A stretch of 64,000 nucleotides of DNA from Amphiscolops sp. MND2022. Its lineage: Eukaryota. Made by a program: the position numbers and the translations under genes. Location: contig OZ076409.1 in assembly GCA_964187785.1 (NCBI GenBank), positions 43,588,001 through 43,652,000 on the forward strand, in the 5' to 3' direction. Below the pieces are notes generated by a model. The model was given only the letters and a program-made list of their open reading frames with translations. It was not told where the DNA came from and searched no databases. Position 1 is the stretch's first letter. Each line of letters opens with the position of its first letter. Shown here one piece after another: positions 1 through 12,301 of this stretch.

Positions 1-220
1 GAGAAGTAACTTGAGCAGAAATTCCCAAATATAGCCAATCAAAGGTCAAATACATGACAATCAAGATAGAACAGCAGATAATTTATCAATCTTTTAACAT
101 TTTATAGCAATTTTACCAATTTTGCTATTTTCGCGAACTTTTTGATGAATTCAGAGCAGTTGTATTTCCATCTAAAATTTTCGTTGTCAAAGCAGATTCT
201 ATTTGTGACATGCTCAAACA
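1..220 (-). repeat. 3' LTR of BEL-A (runs off the window start)
   Basis: Minus strand starts TGTTTGAGCA at 220, preceded by a degenerate G-rich PPT-like tract (GAGGCGTGCGGTA). Aligns with 5811-6030. Confidence 0.85.
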
Positions 221-320
221 TACCGCACGCCTCGATCAAATTGAACCATTAGGAGAAAACAAAGCGATTAGAGTTTCAACTAGAATAAGAGCAATTGGCC
301 TGACTTTTGGTAGTATTTTT

Positions 321-3300
321 TTAAATGACGCGTGAGCCATCAAAGAGGGGAAGTTTTTTGAGTTTCTTGACAAGACGATTGTATTCGCCAGTTGATGTTC
401 TTTTGAGCTTTACAACACGAACAAAATTGTCTGGTCCACTATGCACATACGACACTCGAGCCATGGGCCATTGTAAGGGAGCCGCGTTCTCGTCCATGAC
501 ATGTGCATCATCGCCCACTTTGAGATTGGAGCTCTCTTTCGTCCATTTAGTTCTTTCCTGGAGAGTGGATACATATTTTTTTCCAGCTATTCCCGAAATG
601 ACATAAGACATTTTGTATGTGAGTCCATCGAGCAGTTGCAGAGCAGCATTTCAAATCGGATGTCTGGAATGACTTCTCAGCCGGGTAGCTTCACAGTTTT
701 GATCCACTTATCAGGTGCCCAGGAGTCAAAATGACTTCGTCTTTCGGATCATCTGAGACTAATCCTATGGGACTTGAATTTAGCACGTTTTTTACTTGGC
801 AAAAAAGGGTGGAAAGCTCTTCAAAACTGAAAATATTTTTACCCATCATTCCAAAAATGCCTTTCTCTGCTGTTGACGCACAAGAACATCAGTAGCGTTC
901 TTAAGTTCTACTGAAAGTCTGGAATTTTGTTTTCCTGTTTTGTTTCTCACGTAAGTTTTCGATGAATCGCAAAACGAAGGCATTTATGCGAGTCACTTTT
1001 CGAAACGAGATGTGCTTCGAAAGATCAATAATATCTATGAACGTGTCGTTCGACAATTGAACCGCCATCACGGTTATGTTTTGAGAAGACTTTTTCGTTT
1101 CTTCTTTCGTTCCTTCTGGTTTGAATAGAACGAATGGTTCATGAGTTTGCACTTGAGTCCAAATTCTTAAGATTTTGTTCTCTTGAATTTTAGCAATTCG
1201 ATTGGCTACAAAAGTTGCCCGAACGCTTGGCTGATAAGATATTCAGTTTAAAACAATAGTAGAGTCAGTCCAAGCGTATTGTGATTGAATTTTCACATTC
1301 ATTTTGTTAAGGCTTTCGAGAACTGATTTAACTAATTGACATCCCAGAAGGGCTGTGCAAAGTGCAAGTCTGGGTATTGATTGCGTTTTTAGAGGTGCAA
1401 TTTTGGCTTTTTGCTATGAGTAGAGTCAAACTCCGCCCGCCTAGCTCATCTTGATGCAAGCAGCCTTTCCGATCTCTGAAGAATCACAGAAGAGATGCCT
1501 GAACACGGTATCTGCTTGTTCTGTTTTCAACACAAAACGTTGTAGTTTTATCTTGCGAAGCGCATGTAATTTGAATCGTCATTCGATATACGATTCCATA
1601 TTGTCAGAGGGTATTTTATCATCCCAGCCGACATTGGTGTGCCATATAAGATGCATGATATGCTTCAATTTCAGCGTGACCGGCGAAAGCCAGCTGAAGG
1701 GGTCAAAGATTTTGGCGATGTCACTAAGGACTTTCCTTTCGTCTTATATGAATTATTCAGCTGTTGATCTAACTGCTGAATTTTGAAGCTGAAGTTATCA
1801 TGAGAAGGGTCCCTGACAAGGCCTAAGGTTTTAATGGTAAGATTTGTGCCAAGAAACTCAAAATGACTCATTAGCTTCTCGATACTCGGGCGGTAGAGAA
1901 AGCGTGAGCGGCGAATCACTACGGGTGTAATTTCGTAGGTGGAATTTGTTTCGTTCCAACCCGCTGATCAAACCTTTCTGTAGTTGCTTTGCTTGTTCAA
2001 CAGGCGGAGCACCTGTCAGAAAGTCGTCAACGTAAAAGTCACGCTTTATAGCCTCTTGAACGTCAATTGATACATTTGGCTGATTAGCGCACTCTGTCAA
2101 TGCTCGAATGGAATGATAGGAGGCTGCGTCGTTACCGTACGTTACCCTAGTCAACCGAAGAGTCTGAACTGTTTGCAATGAATTTGATCGCCAGAGTATT
2201 CTATGGAAGTCACGATCTTGTCGATATAGTTCAACTTGTCGATTCATTTTGGAAAAGTCTGAGCTAATAGCTATTTCAAAGAATCTGAAGAGCACAAGAA
2301 TGTTGAAGTGGTCATCTTGTAACTTCGGCCCCGCGAGGAGACAGTCTTTCAGAGAATGACCAGATGTCGTCCTTGCGCTGGCGTCAAAAACGACTTTCAA
2401 TTTTGTTGTTGTGCTCTCTGTTTTATGCACACAATGATGAGGGAGATAATAACAATTAGATTGTTTAATTCATTTTCGGGACACATGTTCCATATGGCCA
2501 AGTTCAATGAATTCTTGTATGAATGCAATGTATTTTTTTGAGTTCAGGATTGGCATTCAACTTGCGCTCGAGACTAAAGAAACGCTTCAACGCGCTTGCT
2601 CTGCTGAGGCCTAGTTTGATGTCACTTGGCCGAAACGGAAGTTGGACGACGAACCTGCCATCTGGCTTCCAAATAGTTGTGTCATTAAAGTGTTTTTCAC
2701 AGGCTGCTTCTTCTTCAGTCAAATGTTTCTTGATTAGTATATTCTCTAACTCCCAAAACTTCGATAGGAGGTCATCCGTGGTCTCCGAAACTACAGACAC
2801 ATTGCTGCTAATGGCATAGTCCAATAGGTTGCTAACTTCATTGACGGGACCAGATATTACCCAACCAAAAAGTGATTCTCGAATTACAACTCCATTGTCT
2901 CGGATTCGATTTTCCAGACAAATGTCTTCGAGGACGTCAGCGCCAAAGAAAATGTCAGTTTTTCCGGGCACGATGAAAATTGGGTCTGCTAAAGGGAGGG
3001 TTTTCACATTATTCAATTGGGAAATGTCGATATGTTTCTCTAGCAATGTATTCGTAATTTTAGGAATATTGTGCAAAATAGTGTCAAGAGTCTGATTCAG
3101 TCGAGTGGGTAGAACGCCCAGAGTCTTTTGGGCCTTCGCGGCACCTAGAGGACTGATTGGCGTTTGCGTCCGGACTATTTTCAACATTAAGGCTTTCGCG
3201 TTGGACTCTTTGATGAAGATAGCCTGTGACCCAGAATCAAGAAAAGTGCGCATTTGAATATCTTTTCCTGAATGACCTTGAATTTTTACCGTCACCGTTG

Positions 3301-4340
3301 AGAGAAGAACAGTGCTGGTGTTCGTGGCTTTCGCACAAAAGCCTTCAGCAGCTTGATTCTTTTGCGTCTCATTGCAATTTGGTTTCACATCACTTCTGTA
3401 CCCAAATTAGACTGATCATTTCTTTTTCGATACGAATTTTTGGGTTGATACTGTGGATGGCTTTTCACGATGTATTAGCGAATGATGCTTTAGCTTACAT
3501 TCTCTGCAAGTGAATTTTGAAGTAAATGAACCAACATTGTGGCCTGCATGAAGACAGTTGAAACAAACTTGTTTTTGTCGTGCATATTTCTGGTGACCAA
3601 AGGCAGGCATTTTGAGAAACAATGGGCAAGATGACAACCTGTGATTGTCTTGACAAGTATCACCACATACACTGACGATGGTATGGGCTTTTGATTCGAC
3701 TGAGTTTTCACGGAAATCGGATTTTGGATGAGTTCTTTAACAGCACCCATTCCAAGGGCACGACTTCGCGTGTCCAAAAATCTTGCCAAGTCTTCCCATT
3801 TCGCAAGCCAACGACGGATTCACTTTGCATAGGCGGTTGCGTCCAAAGGGCTTTCAAATGGGCTTGGACTATGCAACGCTTGTTTTCATTGCTTTCATTG
3901 AGAAGTTTCATGGCTATTGAGTAGTTCGCATTCGTTATTGTGACAGATGCTATCAACTTGGCAGCATCGTCGACCAAGCAGTCCTTTAGGTAATTCAACT
4001 TTTCAGAGTCGCTCAGTTGATTGTTACCATCAACTGATGCTCTGGACAAGTCAATGGATGACATCCATTCAGTATACAAGCCAGTGAAACTGGGTAATTG
4101 GAGTTTCGGCGATCGCTTTTTACGGGTAGAAGCTGAATTCGAAGAACTTGGCGTTGCTGCCATGTTCTTTTTATAACTGGCTATTAATGCTCACCTTTTC
4201 ATCAAACAACAAATTGGTTTCAATTTCAGTAGATAGTTCGTTTCCAGCCTCGATAAGTGTTCAATATCGGCATCATAACGATGCACAATTTGGGATTTAC
4301 CTTTAAAAGTCGAGAGCAAGTCTTATTCTTACTAGACTAG
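321..4340 (-). pseudogene. BEL-A gag-pol, frameshifted, integrase core largely deleted
   Basis: DUF1759-like gag KLQLPSFTGLYTEW; Zn knuckles CFNCLHAGH..C..C...HH; protease FLDSGSQ; RT KLKVVFDASA...DFYVDDFLTGA; C-terminal LQERTKW...PLQWPMARV (DUF5641-like). Many stops and frameshifts. Confidence 0.93.
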
Positions 4341-4786
4341 CTTACGTACATCCTGTCTGGGATTAGTTTCGCGGGATGCTTCACCGGGAACTTGTGCAGT
4401 TTCATCCGATATTTCAGAAAGTTATGATTGAAAAAAGAAAATCCGACTTTGGGACGTGTTTCCAATAGAGTTTTGAAGAGTCGAGTAGGTTTTGAAAGGC
4501 AACAATTGAGTGAAAGAACACTCACGAAGACGTCAGGTAAAATTTATGGGAGAAATTTGAAATTGCAAAAAACGTTCTTTTACTCAGTAACAATCGAGCG
4601 AGATAACACCCAAGAAATCACAGAGTGAAAGTTTTTCTTCGCTTTTTCTAGAGTAAAATACTCACTTCTAAGTCTTCTGCTGTTTCTTTCTCCGCCTTTC
4701 CTTACGATACATGTCCCGCAAAAGTGGAAAGTGATCACTTGGTGTAAATAGTATTTCGGGTAAAATAGTCAATTACTGTAAATTTG

Positions 4787-5389
4787 TCAAAGACTGTAGT
4801 AATCCATTAGTGTAGTGGTGCAGCAATGTTGAGGTAATTTTTTTCTCACTTTCGATCTGTTACGCCTGAGCAATTGACTCAAGTTTCTTTGTGTTGTAAG
4901 ATAATTTGGAGTAGGTGTAGCTCTATGAATTTGTTCGGACGTAACCCCAGAAGCTCTTGAGATCTTTTCTGATTTTTTTTTGCGGTTGGATAAAAGGTGT
5001 TGTCTAGGATTGATTGTCAAAAATTTGGCAGTGATCAAATGTTTTTGAATGAAAAGAGTTCCGATGGGTTGATTGTACACAAGCACTGATACTTGTTTCC
5101 GGGAAGGTTCAAAAATTTCTACTATTTATTCAAGTGTTGACCTTCGATTTCCGTTGCTTTTATGCGGATAAAGAGGAATATTTAGGAGGTCGTGCCAGAT
5201 CACGATGTTACTTCGTGTTTTGAGACATGTTTCCAGAAGGTGGTGTAACTGTGTTTTATGGTTTTTCGCAGTAGGATGCAAGCTTACACCTGGGTGTGCA
5301 AAGTCCTTGCCTTGTATAAGTTTTCGTAATGTAGTAGGTGCTTTGTCAACTGCCCTTCGCAAAGAAATTGCTCCAATTACATAAACCAT
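4787..5389 (-). pseudogene. Extra ORF between the 5' LTR and gag of BEL-A; weakly SGNH-hydrolase-like
   Basis: Two in-frame ORFs split by one stop. VYVIGAISLRR sits at the block I position, HPGVSL at block II, IVIWHDLLN at block III, and EQIH late. Motifs are non-canonical. Confidence 0.45.
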
Positions 5390-5695
5390 TAATTCAATTT
5401 GGTTTCCAAAAGATTCACACTTTTGCGTTTCACAGTTTTTCTCAGTTTTTTCATACCCAAAGGGTAAAGGGTACTAAGCTTTTCGATTGACGATCTTCTG
5501 TTGATGTTGTCGGGTCCGCACACCACTCGGTCCGCGCCGATCCTGGTGTAATTCGGAATCCTTATCCTTGCAGCGGACGAGACTGGCTTTCCAGCCAGAT
5601 GAAAAAGTTCTTTGGAAAAAAAGAAAGTTTCAGTGAATTCAGAGAATGAGGGTTAAATAATTATGAAGAACGTAGCTCCTTTGGTTGCCAATTGT

Positions 5696-5731
5696 GGCTA
5701 AGATTCGGCTAAGATTCGGCTAAGAATCGGC
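5696..5731. repeat. 11-bp tandem repeat GGCTAAGATTC x3
   Basis: Read directly, in the 5' leader of BEL-A. Confidence 0.9.
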
Positions 5732-5772
5732 ATAAAGCGGGAAAGCACCGAAGAGAGATAGCTCGAAAGCCT

Positions 5773-6030
5773 TGAAGCATAATATGAAACGTATCAAGTT
5801 TTAATTGGTGGAGAAGTAGCTTGAGCAAAACTTCCCAAATATAGTCAATCGAGGGTCAAATTCATCACAATCAAGATATAACAGCAGATAATTTAGCAAT
5901 CTTTCAACATTATACAGCATTTTTACAAATTTTGCTATTTGCGTGAACTTTTTGATGACTTTAGAGCAACTTTAGTTTCATTTGAAAAATTCGTTGTCAA
6001 ATAATTTTCTATTTGTGACATGCTCAAACG
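5773..6030 (-). repeat. 5' LTR of BEL-A (~258 bp) followed by a degenerate PBS
   Basis: Matches 1-220. On the minus strand it ends ...ATGCTTCA, then AGGCTTTCGAGC, which resembles the BEL PBS TGGTCCTTCGAGC. Confidence 0.8.
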
Positions 6031-6540
6031 TTATTGTTTTTCTTTTTGAATTGATGGTTTCTACAAACTGGTTTTCTACAAACTGTTTCCACACCACCTG
6101 GAACCGTCTTAGAGTGGGTCCACGCTAATTATGAAAAAAGAATGAAATAAGTTTAGTTAATATCAAACACAAATTCGCTTTCAAATGTGAGACTGATATA
6201 TCTGATAGAACCCTGGATCGATTTCTGGTTAGATGTTTGAGAAATTCAACGTTGTCGTTGGCTTCTCTATAATCGGGGGGTAGCGAGAGAACGAGCGAGG
6301 TTTCACTACATGTCCACGTTCAGGGTCAAATTTAACATGCTTCAGTTCCTGAATCAAATCATTCTGTAACTCCTTGGTTTCGCCTACAGAAACGGCGCCA
6401 GTGAGTATATCACCCAGGGAAATCAAACAGTTAATTTTTTAAAGTTTGAGTGGAAAGTTTGAGTTTGGATTTGAGTTTGGCTCAAACAGGGCTGCGAAAG
6501 CTTGAGTTTGAATCTAATCTAAAATGTTTGACTGAATTAG

Positions 6541-7144
6541 GTCCAACTTGTAGAATACCAGTTTGTAGAATTCTACAAACTGGTCCTATAAAGTCCAATT
6601 TGTAGAATTTTTTTGAAACAAACTGGATCAGTGAATTCTACAAAGTGGATCATTAAATTCTACAAATTGGACATCCTGCACACAAGATCCTGAGAGGTCC
6701 ACTGCCTAAGATCTAAAGGAATAAGATCTAAAAACCAAAAGGCGTGACGTATCCGATGTATGCACGCTCTCACTCACCGTCGCAAAAACCAGCTCTCACT
6801 ACGATCGCTTAGCGATCTCCGTTCCCACTGAGTCTTTTATCCTGTTCGACCTTGCTTAGTATGATGGGAACATAACCGGCCCCAATGGGCTGCAGTGCAC
6901 TAGAGGAAATCGGGACATATCCGACGCACGTTTTATGTTTTGCATCATTCCTACATTATTGGTCTTATCGTTTTTCTTCAATTCCAGAATTCGACAAACT
7001 GGTACTCTACAAACTGGACCTACCCAGTTTGTAGAATACCATTTTGTAGAATCCAGTTTGTAGAAAAAAACTCTACAAACTGGACTTCACTTTTCTGCAA
7101 ACTGGATTCTACAAACTGGTTTTCTACAAACTGGTTCCATACCG
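6541..7144. repeat. Non-autonomous element with arrays of TTCTACAAACTGG in both orientations, nested in the hAT; a second end fragment lies at 6059-6097
   Basis: Many copies of CTACAAACTGG / CCAGTTTGTAG at 6541-6672 and 6990-7136, around a unique core. Confidence 0.7.
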
Positions 7145-7188
7145 TTTGACTACATGAAAAACAAAAAAGCTTTCATTTTTTTATTGAA

Positions 7189-8166
7189 TTAGAAGTAAAA
7201 CCAAACGTTTTTTGACAACAATGATATATTTTTCTTCGAGAACACATTGCAATTGTGATTATCAGGCGTAAGTCGACTTTGTAGGAAATTTTTTGATATT
7301 GGTTCCAGTGAAAAAAGACGTTCTGTATCACCACTTGTTGGTCGAAAATTGGTCATCATAAGGTTCACGTCAAACTCATCAATAAATTCACTTGCCACAG
7401 ACGATGAACACGAGATGGGCTCCGACGTGTATTCATGGTCAGATGATGAAACTTGAATGCCATCTTGTAATTGATGCATAGACTTGAAATGCTCGTTAAA
7501 TTCCCCATGTTTGTACAATATTGCATCAACAATCGAATTGCCAACAATGTCATTCTTCGAAATGGTTTTTTGGGAGAGTTTAATGTGGGATCAGAATTCG
7601 TAGGATGCTTCAGAAGTTTGATCGCTTTAATAGCCATTGAGACGCCAGCATTTCCACCTTGCAGTAACAAAATAAGCTGTTATGGCTTCAAGATGTTGCT
7701 AATTTTCACTAGTTTTGTTCAGCCGAAACTAAGGGGTAATAAATCCGTGCTTACTATAAACGGGATAACAGGGTTAAATTTCAAAAGTCGTTCGAGCATT
7801 GAGACTATCTCGTAGCGTTCTCTTTTATAATATGAAGTTGCGGCAATTTAGCAGTTTTCTGAAATTCCAACAGTTCATCCAATAATTTTGGTTTCCCGTG
7901 TATGAATTGTAGGGGGGTTGTACCAGAATTCGGGCACTTAAGTTTCTCACCACACTTCACGCATTTACGGACCCTGGTTCGTCGCCCATTGATAAACTCC
8001 ACATAAAAGTGCGGGTTCACAGGATTGGAAGAGGTGTCTTTCGAAACTTTGTATTCCACTGCATTTTGATTGCTTTTGGCAAAACTTGTTGCGCATTGGA
8101 AGTTGATGATTGTTGTACCTTTGACTGCTCAGATGTCACAAGCACTTGCACCTCGCTGTCGGACAT
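7189..8166 (-). pseudogene. hAT transposase remnant (BED zinc finger plus C-terminal dimerisation domain)
   Basis: BED-like HF..KCVKCGEKLKCPNSGTTPL..H and hAT dimerisation motif RPTSGDTERLFS. The catalytic middle is missing. Confidence 0.85.
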
Positions 8167-11100
8167 TGCAAATCTGAAAGACAAATACAAGGTATGATAC
8201 CAACACAATAAATAATGATAAATATAATAGAATATGCTATATAATAAAAGTATTAAACAAGCCAAAAAAATGTATTTGAAAAAACGTAACAGACAGTTTT
8301 CCATAGTTTTGAAGTTCCAGTTTGAAATCAACGAGGCAGAAGTTCGATTTTAAATCGGGGAAAGTTGAGTTTCAGTTTGAATTTTCGGGTAAAAAAAGTT
8401 TGAGTTTGTGTTTGATTTGCAATAGTTTGTGTTTGAAGGCTACTGATTGGGTCTGAGTTTGAATTCCCTGATATCATCAACATACAAGTCTCTTTCTCTT
8501 GATTTTGAGATGCAGGAGGAATGCCTTCACGATTTGCGCACTCAACGAGCGACCGAATGCCGTGGTAGGAATTGCTTGCGACACAGTAAGTTACGCGCGT
8601 CATTGTTTTGATGGCGTCGATGGGTTGCTGCTTGTCAAGCGCCAAAATATTCGATGATTGTCTCTATCTCTTTTGCAGAGTTCCATTTGAAGATACATCT
8701 TTGCAATGCCTGATGACATGGCAATTTTGAAGATTCGAAACCTGAGCAAAATGTCGGAGAGGTCTTCTCGAACCTTGGAACCGACAAGTGGACATTCGTT
8801 CAGAGGGACACCTGTAGTTGTTTTTGAGCTTGCGCCGAAAACAACACGCTATTTTGTCGTCGAGCTGTCTTCCTTCAGCACACAGCGATTTGGGAGGTAG
8901 TAGTTTGTGAAAACAATCAGTTCCAGGCTTTCTATTTTTTCAAGATGACCAAGGTAGAGAAATTCTGGATCAATTGCAGAGCATTTCCTGAGGAGAGACT
9001 CGTCTCGATGCTGAGTCTGCTCCAAACGGAGGGATCGCTTCATTGCATTTGCTTTGCTGTCGCCAACCCTTTGTGATTCTCCTTTGGTTGGCATTTGGAC
9101 CACAAATCTTCCCTCAGTAGTTCGTTGAGTTGTGGCTTTTTAATGCTCTTCACACTTGCGCTTTTCAACAGTCGTTTTTGCTCGGGGAAGCCTTCTAATT
9201 CCTAAAATCTGGATAACAACTGGTCTGAATCTGCTTCAGAGGAAATTACCAGATGTGTTTTGATGCAGTTTGCATCCGAGGTTGCGACTGGACCCGATAC
9301 AACCCAGCCAAGAATAGAGCCCCCAGATGTAGTCCATTGTCTTTGATTTTGTTCTCAAGGAGGATTTCTTCACCAGCATCGGCTCGTAGAAGTATATCGA
9401 ACTTGGTTGGAATGTTGAAGCTCGGGTCTGTTAGATTCAGATTGTTGATGTGCCTCATTTGTGAGATATCAATCTCGAAGAGGGTATCACATTCGTAAGT
9501 TTTGAAATCAGATGCAAATTGACATCTACTGCATCATTGATTGTGGTCGACCAAATTCAACAAGTCTTATGGGTCTGTGTCGAGCCAAGTATTGTAATCG
9601 TAGCTTGACTACTTCTTGGCGAAAGCATTAGAGCCTTGGACTTGATTGCAGTAATAAAACTGGCTTGGGACCAGGATTCCAAGAGTGATCGCATCTCGAT
9701 TGGCTTGCCACTCGCATTTCGTATAGAGACAACTACAGTGGAAAGAGGTACTCCATTGTTCTGATTGTTATTGTTCAAATGCCCTGTTGTGAACTTAGAG
9801 TTCGAGTCTTTGTGAGACGCCGATTTTAAAGTTCGAGTCATTCTGAGACGCCGAACTACCGCTCGCTTGAAAAGCGTTTCTCCCGTTATCACCGACCGTG
9901 GTGGATTGGGAGGTCCTTGAGTTCGTTGGTGGTCTTTGAGTTCGAGCAGCGCGTGGTGGTTCATCTTGCATTTGCGGCAAGAGAACTTTGACTGGAAATC
10001 TTTCGAACAATGATCAGGATGGAAACAATTGAAGCAGAGTTTCTTCCCTTTGATGATGTGATGTCGATTGGCATCTGACAGAGCTTTGAACTTAGGACAA
10101 GTATTCAATTTAGGATCCTCACTGCAGTCTTCGCACGATTGACTAGATACCGCGTATGATTGGATTCGCTGTTCAGACCGTTGGGCGTTTCGAGGTGGGT
10201 CTACTTGACTTGATTGCTTGCAGCCACCAACCTTGAGTGCCCGGCTTTGAGTGTCGGGGAACTTTGAAAGCTGTTCCCGTGATAGGAGGTCTGTTTCGGT
10301 GGGGTAGTTCAGCTGTCACTGCTTGTGTGACTCCGGATGTATCCTCTCAGACAGAAAATGAACGAAAATAGCATGCCAGTACTCCACTGGTTGTCCCAGC
10401 TCCGTCAAGGCTCGTTTGTTGTGTCAAGTAGTTTTCTCAGACCGGTTGAGGACTCAGACTTAAGTGAGTCTTGAGACCAAATTGCTTGTATGTGGCCTTC
10501 TACAGTGCTCCGCTTGTTCTCATAGCGTTCGTGCAGAAGTTTCCAAGCGATTTCGTAGTTATAATCAGTGATCGTAACTGAGCTTTACAGCTTGACTGTC
10601 CCTCTCTTGACACAAGCCTTCAAGTAATTCAACTTCTAAGACTTCGATAATTGAATGTTGGAGTTGACTGATGCTTTGAAAAGGTCGGCGAAGCTCATCC
10701 AATCCGTAAACGAACCTGTAAATGATGGAAGTTGAAAAACGGGAGCTTTAGTCTGCTTGAAATCAGGCTCCTATCGTTCGAAGATGTACTTGAAGAGTTT
10801 CCCCTGATTTCTGATGCCCTTTTGTAGTTGTCAATTGGGGCTGACAGGCGTGCAACAGCTACACTTGCGTTGTGAAGGAACTGTGTCGAAAGCTCCATGT
10901 CTTGAGACAGTTGATCATCATCGAGAAGTAGTTCTATCTCAGTGTCATACCAATGCATGACTTGGATCTTGTCTTGAAGCGTCTTTAGAGGTGCTTCGGC
11001 TTCAGCCAGCTGATTTGGCGTTGCAATCACCGTGGTTAAGAATAAACCACTTTCTTTCCGAGCGTTGTGAAAGCACCCTTGAACCCACCCTAACTCTTGA

Positions 11101-11468
11101 AAGTCGTTTTCCGTCAGCTGGTAAGGGATGGGATGGATTAATGGGATTCTTCATGATTGAAGCTGATCAACTGGTAGCAAGGGGCTATGATAATGGTTTT
11201 TCCAGGCGCGATAAGCTTTCATCAAATCAAATTGCGACAGTAAAATATTGAGGTAGTAATATGACTCCACAAGCATTATATAAGATGGCTTTTCTCGAAG
11301 AAGTCTTGATGGGCAGAGCTACTGTCAAATTGATGAGATATATGTTGGAACCTCAAGGTAACCTGTAGCTACTCAGACCAGCAAAAAGACAAAAATCCAA
11401 CTGTGAATTCAGTAAACAGAACTTCAAGGTAACTTTTAAATGAAAGCAAAAGTTGAAACTTTTAAACA

Positions 11469-12120
11469 TTAAAGGTTGTGACATAGAGCTTCACCAGTTC
11501 CTGCATCTCTTTCACACTCAAAGACTTCATCATTACCGAGCTTGTTTAGGTCCTTGTTGTATTTTTTGTACAGGAGTTTATCTTTGAAAAGAGTTCTGAG
11601 TTTATAGAGACCGTCTTCGTTGAGGTGGGTGGCGTATTTGCGATTAAAATAGAGGACCCAAGTGATGTATCGGGTCACAGTTCGGTACCTCCAAGTAACA
11701 AGAGGCTGGTCTTTGGTCTTGCGCTCTTTTAATGATTGCAAGAATGCGTTTACTTGCTTCGAACGTACTTTATTTTCGTTTCGTTGAGGTACGCCAAAAA
11801 AGATAACTAACATAGCACAATGACACAAGAGGTTTGCAAGTTCTATAATCTCCTGAGTTTTTTAATTTGCAGGTGTCGTAGTTGGTTTCTCAATAAATCA
11901 CAAGTCGTTTTCCCGACAAAAAGAATGATGATGTCAAAAAAATCCTTGGGAAAATGAAATTGTAGACGTGCCGATCACTAGCACAAGAGATAAAAAATAT
12001 ATACCAATTTCTTGCCTCTAAATTCCTTGCCTCCAAATTCCTTGCCTGTGAGTCAGCAATCAAAAAGGGTTTCGTGGATGAGGTTCTGTATACATAATAA
12101 GGTGACTGTTGTGGTGCGTG
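11469..12120 (-). pseudogene. SGNH/GDSL hydrolase-like ORF upstream of BEL-B gag (frameshifted)
   Basis: My translation: PFLIADSQARN (block I, Ser codon 12051-12049); FDIIILFVG-ND-L (block III, 11901-11917, frameshifted); GVPQR; VNAFL; YATHLNEDG (block V DxxH with GAC>TAC). Confidence 0.8.
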
Positions 12121-12301
12121 CAGACCTTCAGAAACCTCTGCAAATGGTCATTCGGAGTAGGGTATCGGATATTTGTTGAGAAGATGTTAACTTTCAAAAA
12201 ATGATCCTTATTGCATATAAACTTGTCAATAAGTCTAATTGCAACGAACGAATAAGTTTTTGAAGACGGATTCCAGGATTAGCGCCCTAAACGGAATCGT
12301 A

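Larger units (their letters stand above)
1..6030 (-). mobile_element. BEL/Pao LTR retrotransposon (BEL-A), degenerate, both LTRs visible
   Basis: Diverged direct repeats at 1-220 and 5811-6030. The internal region has BEL gag/protease/RT/RNase H/DUF5641 motifs on the minus strand. Confidence 0.93.
6415..8470 (-). mobile_element. hAT-superfamily DNA transposon, internally deleted
   Basis: TIRs CAGGGAAATCAAAC (6415) and GTTTGAATTCCCTG (ends 8470). 8-bp TSD ATATCACC / ATATCATC. GAGTTT subterminal repeats at both ends. Transposase remnants inside. Confidence 0.92.
6229..12300 (-). mobile_element. Second BEL/Pao element (BEL-B), truncated, interrupted by a hAT insertion
   Basis: gag (RLKLP..F, CFNCFHPDH..C..C..HH), protease (LLESWSQASFI), RT (YYLPNRCVLKEDSSTTK; RDLYVDD / DILTGA split by the hAT). 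No LTRs found. Confidence 0.88.

Noticed and set aside
6541..7144. CRISPR-like array of CTACAAACTGG repeats
   Set aside because: Repeats are ~13 bp, in both orientations, irregularly spaced, without unique spacers or cas genes, in a eukaryotic TE context.
6940..7149. ORF with STNW peptide repeats
   Set aside because: It is just the translation of the DNA repeat array.
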